The notes under the pieces are model-generated. The model was given only the letters and a program-made list of their open reading frames with translations, had not been told where the DNA came from and did no database searches. Positions 1 through 10,868 of a stretch of DNA of 24,000 bases are shown here, piece by piece; position 1 is the first letter of the stretch, and every line of letters starts with the position of its first letter. The stretch is from Pyrococcus sp. ST04 (GTDB lineage Archaea; Methanobacteriota_B; Thermococci; Thermococcales; Thermococcaceae), in assembly GCF_000263735.1 (NCBI RefSeq), contig NC_017946.1:141348-165347 (forward strand). The letters run 5' to 3'. Made by a program: the position numbers and the translations under genes.

Positions 1-3
1 AAA

Positions 4-627
4 ATGGATTTTTGGCAAGCAATAAGATCTGTAATGCTCACCCTAGCATCATTCCTTCTCCTACTCTCTGTCATGATGTTCTACATCCCCTTCGGAAGAG
101 GAAGGTATATGGTTCTGAAAGTAGCAACAGAGCCAACTTTAGAGTCCTGGGGCGGATACTACTGCGAAAGGGAAGAATGCTATGCAGCATTCAAAGAACT
201 CTTAAATCTGAGATTACCTGGCATAGCCATAAGTAGAGACCCGCCAGAAATCTTCAGAGAAAAACTTAACCTAAAACTCACTCCCGTTATCTGGATATCA
301 AAAGTCAAACACGAAGAGGCCGTTTCACCAACGAAGTTGGAATACCTCACCCAGAGGCTCGCAGACTTTATGAGAGGAGTTGAAATTGATAAAGTGATAC
401 TCATAGACTGCATAGATTACCTTATTTTGGAGAATGGAGAAAGAGCTGTTTTCAAATTCATAACAACTCTCAAAGATATGGCAACACTATACAGAGGAAT
501 TTTGATAGTGGCGGTAGAGAAAGAAACACTTTCAGAAAAAGCCTATAACTTTCTTACAAGCGAGCTAGATTCATTAGAAAAATTGAAGATAGATTTTTAT
601 GGTAGAAAGGAAAAAGAAAGTGCATGA
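4..627 (+). CDS. DUF835-family protein with an N-terminal TM helix; possibly 5'-truncated by the window edge
   Basis: 207-aa ORF. It has a hydrophobic N-terminus (AIRSVMLTLASFLLLLSVMMFYI). The C-terminal region matches my recollection of the DUF835 pattern (GIAISRDPP...WISK...SPTKLE...VILIDCIDYLILENG...FKFITTLKD). The frame is open to base 1, so the true start may lie upstream. It overlaps the next gene by 4 nt (ATGA), suggesting translational coupling. Confidence 0.6.
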   Translation: MDFWQAIRSVMLTLASFLLLLSVMMFYIPFGRGRYMVLKVATEPTLESWGGYYCEREECYAAFKELLNLRLPGIAISRDPPEIFREKLNLKLTPVIWISKVKHEEAVSPTKLEYLTQRLADFMRGVEIDKVILIDCIDYLILENGERAVFKFITTLKDMATLYRGILIVAVEKETLSEKAYNFLTSELDSLEKLKIDFYGRKEKESA

Positions 628-1706
628 AAGCTCCCGAGCTGGGGATAGAAATAGGAACATTTGAAAGAGGAAAAAGGAACAGCATAACTGACGTTAAAGG
701 CGTCAAAGTTGGGCATGTAACACTTATAAAAGGAAAAGGAAAGTTAATCCCTGGGAAAGGGCCAGTAAGGACAGGAGTCACAGCAATTCTGCCCCACGAA
801 GGGAACATATACAAGAAAAAGGTTCTCGGAGGAGCCTTTGTAATGAACGGCTACTCAAAGCCAGTAGGCTTAATCCAGCTCTGGGAGCTAGGAACTATAG
901 AGACACCAATTATACTCACAAACACGCTAAGCATAGGAACAGCAATTGAAGGGCTGCTAGACTACATTCTGGAAGAAAATGAAGACATAGGGATTAAAAC
1001 AGGCTCAGTCAATCCAATAGTCTTAGAATGCAATGACTCATACCTAAACGACATAAGAGGAAGGCACGTAAAGAGAGAACACGTTGTTGAGGCTATAAAA
1101 AACGCATCAGAGAACTTCGAAGAGGGGGCAGTCGGAGCTGGAACGGGAATGAGCGCCTTTGAGTTCAAGGGAGGAATAGGATCATCATCAAGGATAGTCG
1201 AAATTGAAGGGAAGAAGTACACGGTGGGTGCCCTCGTTCTTTCGAACTTCGGAAGGAGAGAAGACTTAACGATAGCAGGAGTTCCAGTTGGAATAGAGCT
1301 AAAAGACTGGCCAGGAAGAGGAGGAGAAGGAAAAGGGAGCATAATAATGATAATCGCAACGGACGCTCCATTAACCCACAGACAGCTTAACAGACTCGCC
1401 AAAAGGGCCATTGTAGGACTCGCCCGAACAGGAGGATATGCGTACAACGGAAGTGGAGACATAAGCCTAGCCTTTTCAACGGCCAACATAATAGAGCACT
1501 ACGAGAAGGAAGAAATTGCAATAAAATCCCTTCCAGACCCAGTACTCTCCCCATTATTCAAAGCAACAGCAGAAGCAGTTGAAGAAGCCATAGTGAACTC
1601 CCTTTTAGAGGCCAGAACCCTAGATGGAAGAGACAACCACATTAGGTACAAACTTCCTGAGGATAAACTTATTGAAATAATGGAAAAGTATGGGAGGCTT
1701 AGATAG
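624..1706 (+). CDS. DmpA/peptidase S58 (P1) family aminopeptidase (L-aminopeptidase/D-esterase-like)
   Basis: 360-aa ORF with family-typical segments: GPVRTGVTAILPHEG, GAVGAGTGMSAFEFKGGIGSSS (autoprocessing/nucleophile region) and IIATDAPL. The length is typical of archaeal DmpA homologues. Confidence 0.8.
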   Translation: MKAPELGIEIGTFERGKRNSITDVKGVKVGHVTLIKGKGKLIPGKGPVRTGVTAILPHEGNIYKKKVLGGAFVMNGYSKPVGLIQLWELGTIETPIILTNTLSIGTAIEGLLDYILEENEDIGIKTGSVNPIVLECNDSYLNDIRGRHVKREHVVEAIKNASENFEEGAVGAGTGMSAFEFKGGIGSSSRIVEIEGKKYTVGALVLSNFGRREDLTIAGVPVGIELKDWPGRGGEGKGSIIMIIATDAPLTHRQLNRLAKRAIVGLARTGGYAYNGSGDISLAFSTANIIEHYEKEEIAIKSLPDPVLSPLFKATAEAVEEAIVNSLLEARTLDGRDNHIRYKLPEDKLIEIMEKYGRLR

Positions 1707-1716
1707 AGACCAATAC

Positions 1717-1738
1717 ATTGTTTTTATCTCTATTTTAT
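1717..1738 (+). terminator. Oligo-T tract downstream of the S58 peptidase gene (putative archaeal terminator)
   Basis: TTGTTTTTATCTCTATTTTA lies directly after the stop at 1706. Archaeal RNA polymerase terminates at T-runs. There is no experimental support. Confidence 0.3.
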
Positions 1739-1856
1739 GAGCTCGCACTTCCATTTCCTAGGAAGCGAGTTTCACAGCGAACCGCTGGATTTTCCATAGC
1801 TATTGATTAGGAAATAGTGATAAAAGTTTGGTATGGATTATCCCATTGGTGATATC

Positions 1857-2504
1857 ATGACAAGGAAGCTCTACTATGAGGACGCCTACCTAAAAGAGGC
1901 CAAGGCAAAGGTTATTGAAATCCGAGAAAATGCTCTCCTACTCGATCAGACCATATTCTATCCAACAGGAGGAGGTCAGCCTCACGATAGAGGGTGGATA
2001 AATGGTGTTGAAGTGCTAGACGTTTACAAGGAAGGGGATAACGTTTGGCACGTGGTGAAGGAGCCAGAGAAGTTCAAAGTTGGAGATGAAGTAGAGCTCA
2101 AGATAGACTGGGATTACCGCTATAAACTTATGAGAATCCACTCAGCCCTCCATCTGCTCGAGCACGTTCTCAACGAAGTACTTGGCTATGGGAAGTGGGA
2201 GCTAGTAGGCAGTGGTATGAGCGTTGAGAAAGGAAGGTACGACATAGCTTATCCTGAAAACATCAATAAGTATAAGCAACAGATAATAGACCTATTCAAC
2301 AAATACGTCGATGAAGGAGGAGAAATGAAGATCTGGTGGGAGGGGGAAACAAGATACACACAGATAAGAGACTTCGAGGTTATTCCCTGTGGTGGAACCC
2401 ACGTTAGAGATATCAGCGAGATCGGCCACATAAAGAAGCTCAAGCGCTCCAGCATTGGAAAAGGAAAACAGAGGATAGAGATATGGCTCGAAGACAAGGC
2501 CTAG
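1857..2504 (+). CDS. alaX: Alanyl-tRNA editing protein AlaX (AlaX-M type, free-standing AlaRS editing domain)
   Basis: The ORF is open from 1833, but the ATG at 1857 is preceded by GGTGAT (1848-1853, SD-like) and gives MTRKLYYEDAYL. It carries the zinc/editing motifs HxxxH (HSALHLLEH) and CxxxH (CGGTHV), typical of the Thr/Ala-tRNA synthetase second additional domain. The size of about 215 aa fits Pyrococcus AlaX-M. Confidence 0.85.
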   Translation: MTRKLYYEDAYLKEAKAKVIEIRENALLLDQTIFYPTGGGQPHDRGWINGVEVLDVYKEGDNVWHVVKEPEKFKVGDEVELKIDWDYRYKLMRIHSALHLLEHVLNEVLGYGKWELVGSGMSVEKGRYDIAYPENINKYKQQIIDLFNKYVDEGGEMKIWWEGETRYTQIRDFEVIPCGGTHVRDISEIGHIKKLKRSSIGKGKQRIEIWLEDKA

Positions 2505-2579
2505 CTTTCTTTACAAAGTTTAATGCCTTCTAAAATCAAGAAGTAACACTTTTATTTCTTTTCTAAATTAGTACTCCTC

Positions 2580-5500
2580 ATGATTGAGCTACATCCAAGC
2601 GAAATTGCAAGGTTCTTTGAACTCCAAGGGTGCCCAAGATTCATGAATCTTCTTCGAAAAAGGAAGGAAGGAGAACTGAAAGATGTTGAGTGGATTGTAA
2701 ACAGAAAAGAAGCTGAGGGTAGAGAGCTAGCTAGATGGGGAAAGAACTTCGAGCTTGAAATCCTGCAAGAGCTAAAGAGAAAATTCGACTTTCAGTTTTA
2801 CGCTTTCTTTAAAAGTAGTGACGATGATGTAACCCTCAGGTTCTTTCAGAGGTATTATCCAGATGGTATTGTGAGGTACCAAAAGGAAGAAGAAGCCCTC
2901 GACAAAGTAAAAGACCTCTTAAAACAGAAGGAAAACTTCCTGCTATATCAAGCTCCCCTTATTGGAAGCATTGGAAAGTTTAAGATTAAAGGCATTGCCG
3001 ACTTTATTGTGAAAGTTAATGGAAAATACTACCTGCTCGAAGCCAAATTCACGAGGGAAGAGAAGCTACCCCACAGGATACAGGCCGTAATATACGGGAT
3101 GTTGCTGAAGAATATAATTGATGGTGACTTAGAAATCTCCGTTGTTACAAAGGAAAACTTCCCGTGGCCAAAGAAGTTCTTGAAGTTTCCGGAGGATGTA
3201 ACAGAAGTCATCCTGACTATCGAGGAAGAGCTGGACAAGGACATAAAAGACACTACTCCCTGGATCACGGCCAGATGCACAACTTGTCAATTTGAACCAC
3301 TCTGTCTTTCAGAGGTCTTAAAGAAGGGAGATTTAGGCCTTCTTGGGATATCGCCTGGAGATAAAAGGATACTCGAGGAGGCAGGTATAAAAACAATTGA
3401 AGACCTCGCAAAGCTAGTAGAATTCTCATCAAATTCTCCCGTAGACTTTACTCCTCCAAAAGTTAAGGAACCGGAGAAGGTAAAGAATATAGTGGCCAAA
3501 ACCGGTCTTAACATTATAAAACTATCGAGGATAGCACAGGCAGTAATACTTGAAAGGAAGGGAGATGCAAAAAGACTTTACATACCCGGGAGCGGGTACA
3601 ACCTACCTAAGATAAGCGGATACGAGTACTCTCACTTAACCAAGGTCTTTCTCTACGTTCAAAAGAGCCCGATAACAGAAACTCTCCTCGCAATCTCCGC
3701 CCTTATCAAAGGAAAAGCCGGCAAAAAATATGTTGTAAGTATTGTTAAAGAGCCTCCAATCGATATTGAAACAGGCCTTGAGGAAGAGAAAAGAATGCTA
3801 AGCAAATTCTTTGAAGAACTGATAGACGCCATAAAGGATGTAACGCCTGGAAATGAAATATATCTCCATCTATACTTCTACACAAGGGGTCAAAGAGAAG
3901 ACCTAGTTGATGCCCTAAGAAGGCATGAAACTCTCTGGTGGAGCGCTCCTATAAGGGCAATACTAAGCCTTAGAAAGGTCATCGACTGGGAAGGGTTCTC
4001 CATACTCAAAGACGAGCTCATAGACAGACATGCAATGCCCTTCGCCCAGGGACTGGGAATAGTTCCAGTTTCAATACAATTCGGCTACAGGTGGAACGAC
4101 AATGAATCATTCAGAGATATGCTAATGATCCTAGCCAAAAAATCATCTGACGGTTCGATATCCCTAAAGAGACTCTACAGTGTGGCAGAGATTGATTCGA
4201 TAAAGGAGTACTATCCAGTATTAAACAGAGATGATGACGAAATACCGTTCGCACTCTTCTGGAAAGCCCTAAAGGATGGTCATCGTGAGGATATAGAGGA
4301 CATCCTAATGCAAATTGTCTCGGCTATGGAAAAGATAGAGGAAGAGATAGAGGAGGAGTATAAGGATTACTACGCCAGAAAAAGACCAATAAGAAAAGAG
4401 GAATTTGACAGATTTAATTTGCCAGAGAAAGACCTAGTTGGCGTTCTTATGGAGTACCTAGCGCTTGAGTTCGGGACAAGAAAAGGCCAATTAGAGAGAT
4501 ACTACCGATTGCCATTGGAAATAAGGGGATATTCGGAGGACTCTGCAATCTTGAAAGTCGAAAGAATTGAGAGAAAGGTTAAAGGAGAGTGCATAATCTA
4601 CGGCAAGATAATGCTACCCGTTGAAGGGGGATTCAAAGATTATTCACCAGATGAAGTCCTGATAAACATCGATGAAGATTCTTGGGTGTCCGTCACTCCC
4701 ATAGAGGCATTTGGACGGGAAGATCCTGCAAAGACCGTTAGAACTTCCCCACTGGGAGTCGTCGAGGGTATAAACTACAAAACCGGAGAGTTGATCTTGA
4801 AGATGATTAAAATAGGTGGGAAAAAGTTTGTTCTAAAGAAAAAAGAATTCAAGTGCTGGAACGGGAAGCTAGAGATTAGCGGAATAAAGATATCAGCTGG
4901 AAGTTATCTAGTACTCGACCCAGCTATAGACGAAGTTGGCATGTCAAAAGCTTATGAAGAACTTGAAAAAATCCAGAGAGAGGGTAAACACGCCATTTAT
5001 ATCTTCTTGAATAGCCTGTATAACGGGAACATCCAAGCGGATTACAGAATAAACATCTGGAGAAAAGAGGACATAGAAGAGATTCTAGGCAACCTCAACT
5101 ATCTTAATGAAGAACAAAGAAAATTTGTAATGGACATTGAACATAGGCTCGTAACCCTTCAGGGACCACCTGGTACAGGAAAGACCTCAGGAGCGCTTGC
5201 ACCGGCAATCCTTGCTAGGGCATACTCAAGCCTGAAACAGGGAAAGAATGCCCTCTTCATCGTTACCGGACTCTCACATAGAGCAGTTAATGAAGCCCTA
5301 ATAAAGACGCACAAACTCCTCGAAAAACTAAAAGGAACGTTTAAGGAACTGAAACACGTTGAACTCGTCAGAGGAGTTGCGGGTGAGGAAGCTGTTGAGG
5401 CAATAAAGAAGGAGCTACCAATGAAGAACATCAAGTTTAAGTATCAAAAGCTTGATATTGATGTAAACTCTAGGTCGTTCCTTCCAAAGGTCACAATTCT

Positions 5501-6518
5501 CTTCGCAACCCCTCAAACTGCTTACAGACTCGCTGGAGATACACCCAGAGACTTAGTAGTTATTGATGAAGCCAGTATGATTGATCTTCCAATGTTCTTC
5601 CTGGCAACCTCAAAAGCTAGAGGCCAAGTTCTACTCGTTGGAGACCATAGACAAATGCAACCAATTCAGGTTCACGAATGGGAGCTGGAAGATAGAAAAA
5701 CCATTGAAGAACATCTCCCGTTTCTATCGGCGTTGAACTTCATAAGGTTCCTAAGAGGAGAGCTCGAAGAGAGGGAACTTAAGAGGTTCAAGAGAATTTT
5801 AGGAAGAGATCCCCCAGAATGGAGGGAGAAGAGCAAGGATGAAGTACTCCCACTGCACAGACTCAAGGAAACTTACAGACTTCCACAGGCCCTCGCCAAG
5901 TTACATTCCGAACTCTTCTATTCATTTGACGGGATAGAGCTTAGAAGTAATAAAAAACTCAATGAAAACGTCATTAAGGCCCTAAGAAGTGCCGGGAGTA
6001 CTGAATTCCTAAAGTTCATCCTCGATCCAGACTATCCAGTAATTCTCGTTGTCCATGGAGAATCATCCTCAACCAAGGTAAACGAGTTTGAGGCTTCACT
6101 CGTTGAGGAAATAGTAAGGGCAATAAAAGAGGTCGACGTGGGAGTTGTTGTTCCATACAGAGCCCAGAAGAGGATTATAAGGGAAAAAGTTAACGTCCAG
6201 GTTGACACCGTCGAAAGGTTCCAGGGTGGAGAGAAGGACGTCATAATAGTTTCAATGACATCAAGCGACCCCGCATATCTCATGAAGGTCATGGACTTCA
6301 TATACAACCCAAACAGACTCAACGTTGCAGGTAGTAGGGCCAAAGAAAAGCTAATCCTAATAGCCTCAAGAACACTCTTCACTCTCTCCCCAAGGGATTT
6401 GGAGAGCTTTGAACTGATGAGACCATGGAAGAGGTTTTATGTGAAGATGAGAGAAAACGGTGAAAAGATCAAAACAAGCATACGGGAAATACCAGTAGAG
6501 GTATACAGATGGCATTAG
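2580..6518 (+). CDS. Dna2-like nuclease-helicase: N-terminal Cas4/RecB-type PD-(D/E)xK nuclease with a 4-Cys cluster, an HhH motif, a large middle region, and a C-terminal SF1B (Dna2/Upf1-like) helicase
   Basis: 1312-aa ORF. Nuclease motifs: GIADF...LLEAKFT (D...ExK) and QAVIYGML (QxxxY). Cysteines: C17 (LQGCPRF) plus CTTCQFEPLC (CX2CX5C), the Cas4/AddB/Dna2 iron-sulfur arrangement. HhH-like segment: LLGISPGDKRILEEAGIKTIEDLAKL. Helicase motifs: GPPGTGKT (Walker A), VVIDEASM (motif II), LVGDHRQMQP, TVERFQGGEKDVIIVS and NVAGSRAKEKLILI (AAA_11/AAA_12-type). Confidence 0.8.
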   Translation: MIELHPSEIARFFELQGCPRFMNLLRKRKEGELKDVEWIVNRKEAEGRELARWGKNFELEILQELKRKFDFQFYAFFKSSDDDVTLRFFQRYYPDGIVRYQKEEEALDKVKDLLKQKENFLLYQAPLIGSIGKFKIKGIADFIVKVNGKYYLLEAKFTREEKLPHRIQAVIYGMLLKNIIDGDLEISVVTKENFPWPKKFLKFPEDVTEVILTIEEELDKDIKDTTPWITARCTTCQFEPLCLSEVLKKGDLGLLGISPGDKRILEEAGIKTIEDLAKLVEFSSNSPVDFTPPKVKEPEKVKNIVAKTGLNIIKLSRIAQAVILERKGDAKRLYIPGSGYNLPKISGYEYSHLTKVFLYVQKSPITETLLAISALIKGKAGKKYVVSIVKEPPIDIETGLEEEKRMLSKFFEELIDAIKDVTPGNEIYLHLYFYTRGQREDLVDALRRHETLWWSAPIRAILSLRKVIDWEGFSILKDELIDRHAMPFAQGLGIVPVSIQFGYRWNDNESFRDMLMILAKKSSDGSISLKRLYSVAEIDSIKEYYPVLNRDDDEIPFALFWKALKDGHREDIEDILMQIVSAMEKIEEEIEEEYKDYYARKRPIRKEEFDRFNLPEKDLVGVLMEYLALEFGTRKGQLERYYRLPLEIRGYSEDSAILKVERIERKVKGECIIYGKIMLPVEGGFKDYSPDEVLINIDEDSWVSVTPIEAFGREDPAKTVRTSPLGVVEGINYKTGELILKMIKIGGKKFVLKKKEFKCWNGKLEISGIKISAGSYLVLDPAIDEVGMSKAYEELEKIQREGKHAIYIFLNSLYNGNIQADYRINIWRKEDIEEILGNLNYLNEEQRKFVMDIEHRLVTLQGPPGTGKTSGALAPAILARAYSSLKQGKNALFIVTGLSHRAVNEALIKTHKLLEKLKGTFKELKHVELVRGVAGEEAVEAIKKELPMKNIKFKYQKLDIDVNSRSFLPKVTILFATPQTAYRLAGDTPRDLVVIDEASMIDLPMFFLATSKARGQVLLVGDHRQMQPIQVHEWELEDRKTIEEHLPFLSALNFIRFLRGELEERELKRFKRILGRDPPEWREKSKDEVLPLHRLKETYRLPQALAKLHSELFYSFDGIELRSNKKLNENVIKALRSAGSTEFLKFILDPDYPVILVVHGESSSTKVNEFEASLVEEIVRAIKEVDVGVVVPYRAQKRIIREKVNVQVDTVERFQGGEKDVIIVSMTSSDPAYLMKVMDFIYNPNRLNVAGSRAKEKLILIASRTLFTLSPRDLESFELMRPWKRFYVKMRENGEKIKTSIREIPVEVYRWH

Positions 6519-6527
6519 GCCAGAATT

Positions 6528-7562
6528 TTAGAATATATGTATCGAAGAGGCCTTAAACGTTATGTACACTTCTTTCCCCTCACTTATCCCCATTTCTATC
6601 ATTGAGGATCTCGTTATAAAAGCCTTAAAAGGAATCCCCTCTACCTCAACAGTAACCCTAACGAGGGCACCCAAGTCCTCAATAGAGACTACCTTCCCCC
6701 TAAATTCGTTTCTTGCTGAAGTTCTAATTCTTTCAGTGGAGAGAACTATATCCTCAGGTCGTATGCCAATCCTAACCTTTCCCTTAACCTCCCGAGGTAG
6801 TTCTATTTTTATGCCCCCAACTTTTAACACCCTCCCCTCCGCCTGTCCTTCCAATATGTTCTCAAACCCTAAGAACTTACCAACTTCCTCAGTCTTCGGC
6901 CTCGAGAATACTTCGGTAACTTTTCCAACCTGAACAAGTTTTCCATTCAGCATTACTCCAACTCTATCACCAAGTGAAATTGCCTCTTCAAAAGAGTGTG
7001 TTACATGAATTGCCGTAAAGTTCAGCTCCTTCCTCCACCTTTTCATCTCTTTAATAAGTCTTGATCTTGTTTGAACGTCAAGGTTCGCAAAGGGTTCGTC
7101 CATAAGGATTAAGGGAGGCTCTATTACAAGGGCTCTCGCAATGGCAACCCTCTGTTGCTCACCACCACTAAGTGTCGTCGGTTTCCTGTGAAGCAGGTTC
7201 GCTATTCCAAGTATCTCGGCAATTTCTTCAACCCTTTTCTTAATCTCCTCCCTGGGAACCTTTCTAATCTTCAGCCCAAAGGCTATGTTGTCAAAAACTG
7301 TCATGTGGGGGAAGAGAGCATAATTCTGAGGGATGTACGCCAGCCCCCTCTTTTCTGGGGGAAGATTAGTAACATCCCTCCCGTTCAGTAAAATTTTACC
7401 CTCATCGGGCTCTATTATTCCAGCTATTATCTCAAGCAACACAGTCTTACCAGCACCGCTAGGCCCTAGGATTATGAAATACTCCCCCCTCTTAACACTG
7501 AATGTTATCCCCCTCAGCCTGAATTCTTTCCAATCCTTCGAAACGTTTTCCACGCTCAGCAT
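6528..7562 (-). CDS. wtpC: Tungstate/molybdate ABC transporter ATP-binding protein (WtpC-like) with a C-terminal TOBE/Mop-type domain
   Basis: Motifs seen: Walker [10 protein letters not shown]-loop IPQNYALF, signature [15 protein letters not shown], Walker B LILMDEP and H-loop HVTHS. The C-terminal ~100 aa form a beta-rich TOBE-like tail. It is the last gene of a three-gene binding protein/permease/ATPase operon. Confidence 0.8.
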   Translation of the reverse strand: MLSVENVSKDWKEFRLRGITFSVKRGEYFIILGPSGAGKTVLLEIIAGIIEPDEGKILLNGRDVTNLPPEKRGLAYIPQNYALFPHMTVFDNIAFGLKIRKVPREEIKKRVEEIAEILGIANLLHRKPTTLSGGEQQRVAIARALVIEPPLILMDEPFANLDVQTRSRLIKEMKRWRKELNFTAIHVTHSFEEAISLGDRVGVMLNGKLVQVGKVTEVFSRPKTEEVGKFLGFENILEGQAEGRVLKVGGIKIELPREVKGKVRIGIRPEDIVLSTERIRTSARNEFRGKVVSIEDLGALVRVTVEVEGIPFKAFITRSSMIEMGISEGKEVYITFKASSIHIF

Positions 7563-7566
7563 AGTA

Positions 7567-8310
7567 TCACCTTGAGGCCTTACCTACCAGCCATCTAAGG
7601 AGTATGAATATCGTGAGGCTCATCGCTATTAGAATCACAGATATCGGCCTGGAAGCTCTAAGCCCATAGTTGTTGAAGTACTCCATAACAAGAATTTGTG
7701 CCGTTTTTGGATAGTAAGCAACTATTAAGACAGCCCCGACTTCACTTATCGCTCTGGCCCAAGCCATGATCCCACCACTTGCAATCGAGGGGAGAGCCAT
7801 TGGGAGGGCTACTGAAAAGAAGGCCCTAAGCCTAGAAGCTCCAAGTGTTCTTGCAACGTACTCAAGCTTTTCATCTACCGCAAGAAATCCATCTCTAGCA
7901 GCATTGACCGCAAACGGGGCAGATACAAAAAGCATTGCAGCAACTATTCCCTTATAACTGTCTAATATTGCCGTTGAGAAAGTTACCAAGAGCATTATTC
8001 CAACAACCGAGTGAGGAATGACCACTGGAACATCAATTAAAGCCTGCACTATGCTCTTCCCCCTAAATTCCTTCCTTGCAAGCACGTAACCCAGGGGCAC
8101 TCCAAAGAAAACTGACAGGATTGCAGTTGCAGTTGCGGTGATTACAGAGTTTCGAAGGGCCTCCCTCACAAGAGGGTCATGAATTGTCTTCACAAGCATT
8201 TCAAAGTCATAAGCCTGCTTAATGAAAATCACCACTAATGGAAGGGCTATGAACACCACAAGGAAGCTCCCCATCCCTGCAAAGAAATATAGTGTGTATT
8301 CCTTCCTCAT
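7567..8310 (-). CDS. wtpB: Tungstate/molybdate ABC transporter permease (WtpB-like)
   Basis: 247-aa polytopic membrane protein with the ABC permease EAA-type loop ([28 protein letters not shown]). It sits 4 nt upstream of the ATPase gene. Confidence 0.75.
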   Translation of the reverse strand: MRKEYTLYFFAGMGSFLVVFIALPLVVIFIKQAYDFEMLVKTIHDPLVREALRNSVITATATAILSVFFGVPLGYVLARKEFRGKSIVQALIDVPVVIPHSVVGIMLLVTFSTAILDSYKGIVAAMLFVSAPFAVNAARDGFLAVDEKLEYVARTLGASRLRAFFSVALPMALPSIASGGIMAWARAISEVGAVLIVAYYPKTAQILVMEYFNNYGLRASRPISVILIAMSLTIFILLRWLVGKASR

Positions 8311-8388
8311 CGCTCGCTAATGCGCTAAAAAATTTTTAAACCTTGCTTGATGTTAAACACAATTGTTAAATATAAAAATAGAGGGAGA

Positions 8389-9520
<1,132 letters not shown>

Positions 9521-9578
9521 TAAAAATTTTCGGAGGAAACGTTTTAATCCCTCCAGCAAAGTTTAATGGGGGATTCTC

Positions 9579-10868
9579 ATGAGGCTAGCCCTCATAGATG
9601 GCGAGCACTATCCTGATGTTAACAGGTGGGCCCTGGATAAAATAAAGCCCTGCTGTGCAGTCTTCGTCGGAGGAATCGAGAAGATTGGAGGGATAGAGGA
9701 CGTTGAAAGGGCTCTTGGAGTCAAGCTCTATCATGATACCGATGTGTTTAAAGCCCTGGAGAAGGCATTGAAAGAAAATAGAATTAAAGAAGTTATAGAC
9801 CTAAGCGACGAGCCCGTTTTAACCCCTGAACTGAGATTCAAGATAGCATCATTTCTCCTAAGAAGGGGAGTATCGTACAGAGGAGCAGACTTTGAGTTCA
9901 AACCAAAGGAATGGATCAAAGTTGATGTACCTTCAATCAACATAATAGGAACGGGTAAGAGAGTAGGCAAAACATCCGTAGGAGCCTTCGTTGGCAGAAC
10001 CCTGAAGGAACTCTACAATGTCGTCATAGTGACCATGGGCAGAGGAGGGCCTGAAAAGCCAGAGGTCATCAGAGGAGACCTCATAGAGATAACCCCAGAA
10101 TACCTTCTTAGAGTAGCTGAAGAAGGAAAGCACGCTGCATCAGACCACTTCGAAGATGCCCTAATGGCAGGAGTCGCGACAGTTGGTTGCAGAAGGTGTG
10201 GAGGAGGGCTTGCGGGATTTTCATTCTTTGACATAATAAAGGAAGGAATAGAAGTAGCAAAGTCCCTGAACCCTGAGATAATAATCCTCGAAGGTTCTGG
10301 CCCAACATTTGCAAACGTTCTAGCGGATGGATTCATAACAGTTGTAAGCGCCGTTCAAGGCATTGAAAAGGTTAAGAGCTACTTCGGCCCTCTAAGAATC
10401 GCCCTTGCAGACATAGTAGTAGTGACAATGGCCGATTCCTCGCCCGAGAATGCAGAAAAGATAGTCAAGGCTGTGAGAGAGATAAACCCAGACGCTGACA
10501 TCCACGTTACAAGGTTTGCCCCAAGACTCATAGGAAGCGTAGAAGGAAAAGCATTCGTGGCAACAACATCATGGGAATCAGCAAGAAAGATTTCTGAGGA
10601 ATTAAACAGGCTAGGCTTGGAGATAGTAGCATTCTCAGGAAATCTGGCAAACAGAAGAAAGCTTATGGAGGAGCTGAAGAAGGCCAGCTATGACACGATG
10701 ATAGTAGAGCTAAAGGCCGGAGCCGTTGACGTCGCGGTAAGGGATGCACTTTCCAAAGGAAAGAAGGTCGTATTCCTAGACAACGAGCCAAGAAACATCG
10801 ATGGCAAAAGCCTTGCAACTGCAGTAAAAGATTTAGCCAGGAGGGTAGTCAATGATAAGGGTCGTTGA
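9579..10868 (+). CDS. cpgS: Cyclic 2,3-diphosphoglycerate synthetase-like protein
   Basis: 429 aa. The N-terminus [11 protein letters not shown] and the P-loop-like [13 protein letters not shown] match my recollection of the cDPG synthetase family. It is coupled (17-nt overlap) to a 2-phosphoglycerate kinase-like gene, the other enzyme of the cDPG pathway. Confidence 0.65.
   Translation: MRLALIDGEHYPDVNRWALDKIKPCCAVFVGGIEKIGGIEDVERALGVKLYHDTDVFKALEKALKENRIKEVIDLSDEPVLTPELRFKIASFLLRRGVSYRGADFEFKPKEWIKVDVPSINIIGTGKRVGKTSVGAFVGRTLKELYNVVIVTMGRGGPEKPEVIRGDLIEITPEYLLRVAEEGKHAASDHFEDALMAGVATVGCRRCGGGLAGFSFFDIIKEGIEVAKSLNPEIIILEGSGPTFANVLADGFITVVSAVQGIEKVKSYFGPLRIALADIVVVTMADSSPENAEKIVKAVREINPDADIHVTRFAPRLIGSVEGKAFVATTSWESARKISEELNRLGLEIVAFSGNLANRRKLMEELKKASYDTMIVELKAGAVDVAVRDALSKGKKVVFLDNEPRNIDGKSLATAVKDLARRVVNDKGR

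Noticed and set aside
962-1489. Long antisense ORFs inside well-supported genes (for example 962-1489, 5159-5434, 6032-6382, 6562-6933, 8698-9135, 10013-10336, 12050-12403, 16434-16859, 21107-21556, 23115-23489)
   Set aside because: All lie opposite genes with strong motif support. Their translations are low-complexity (S/L/P/F-rich) shadow frames with no recognisable motifs.
1742-1769. Stem-loop CTCGC-AC-TTCC/atttccta/GGAA-GCGAG in the peptidase-alaX intergenic region; possible small RNA
   Set aside because: It is a 9-bp interrupted stem with no C/D-box (RUGAUGA/CUGA) or H/ACA features and no flanking promoter that I can see. It is more likely an incidental or 3'-UTR structure.
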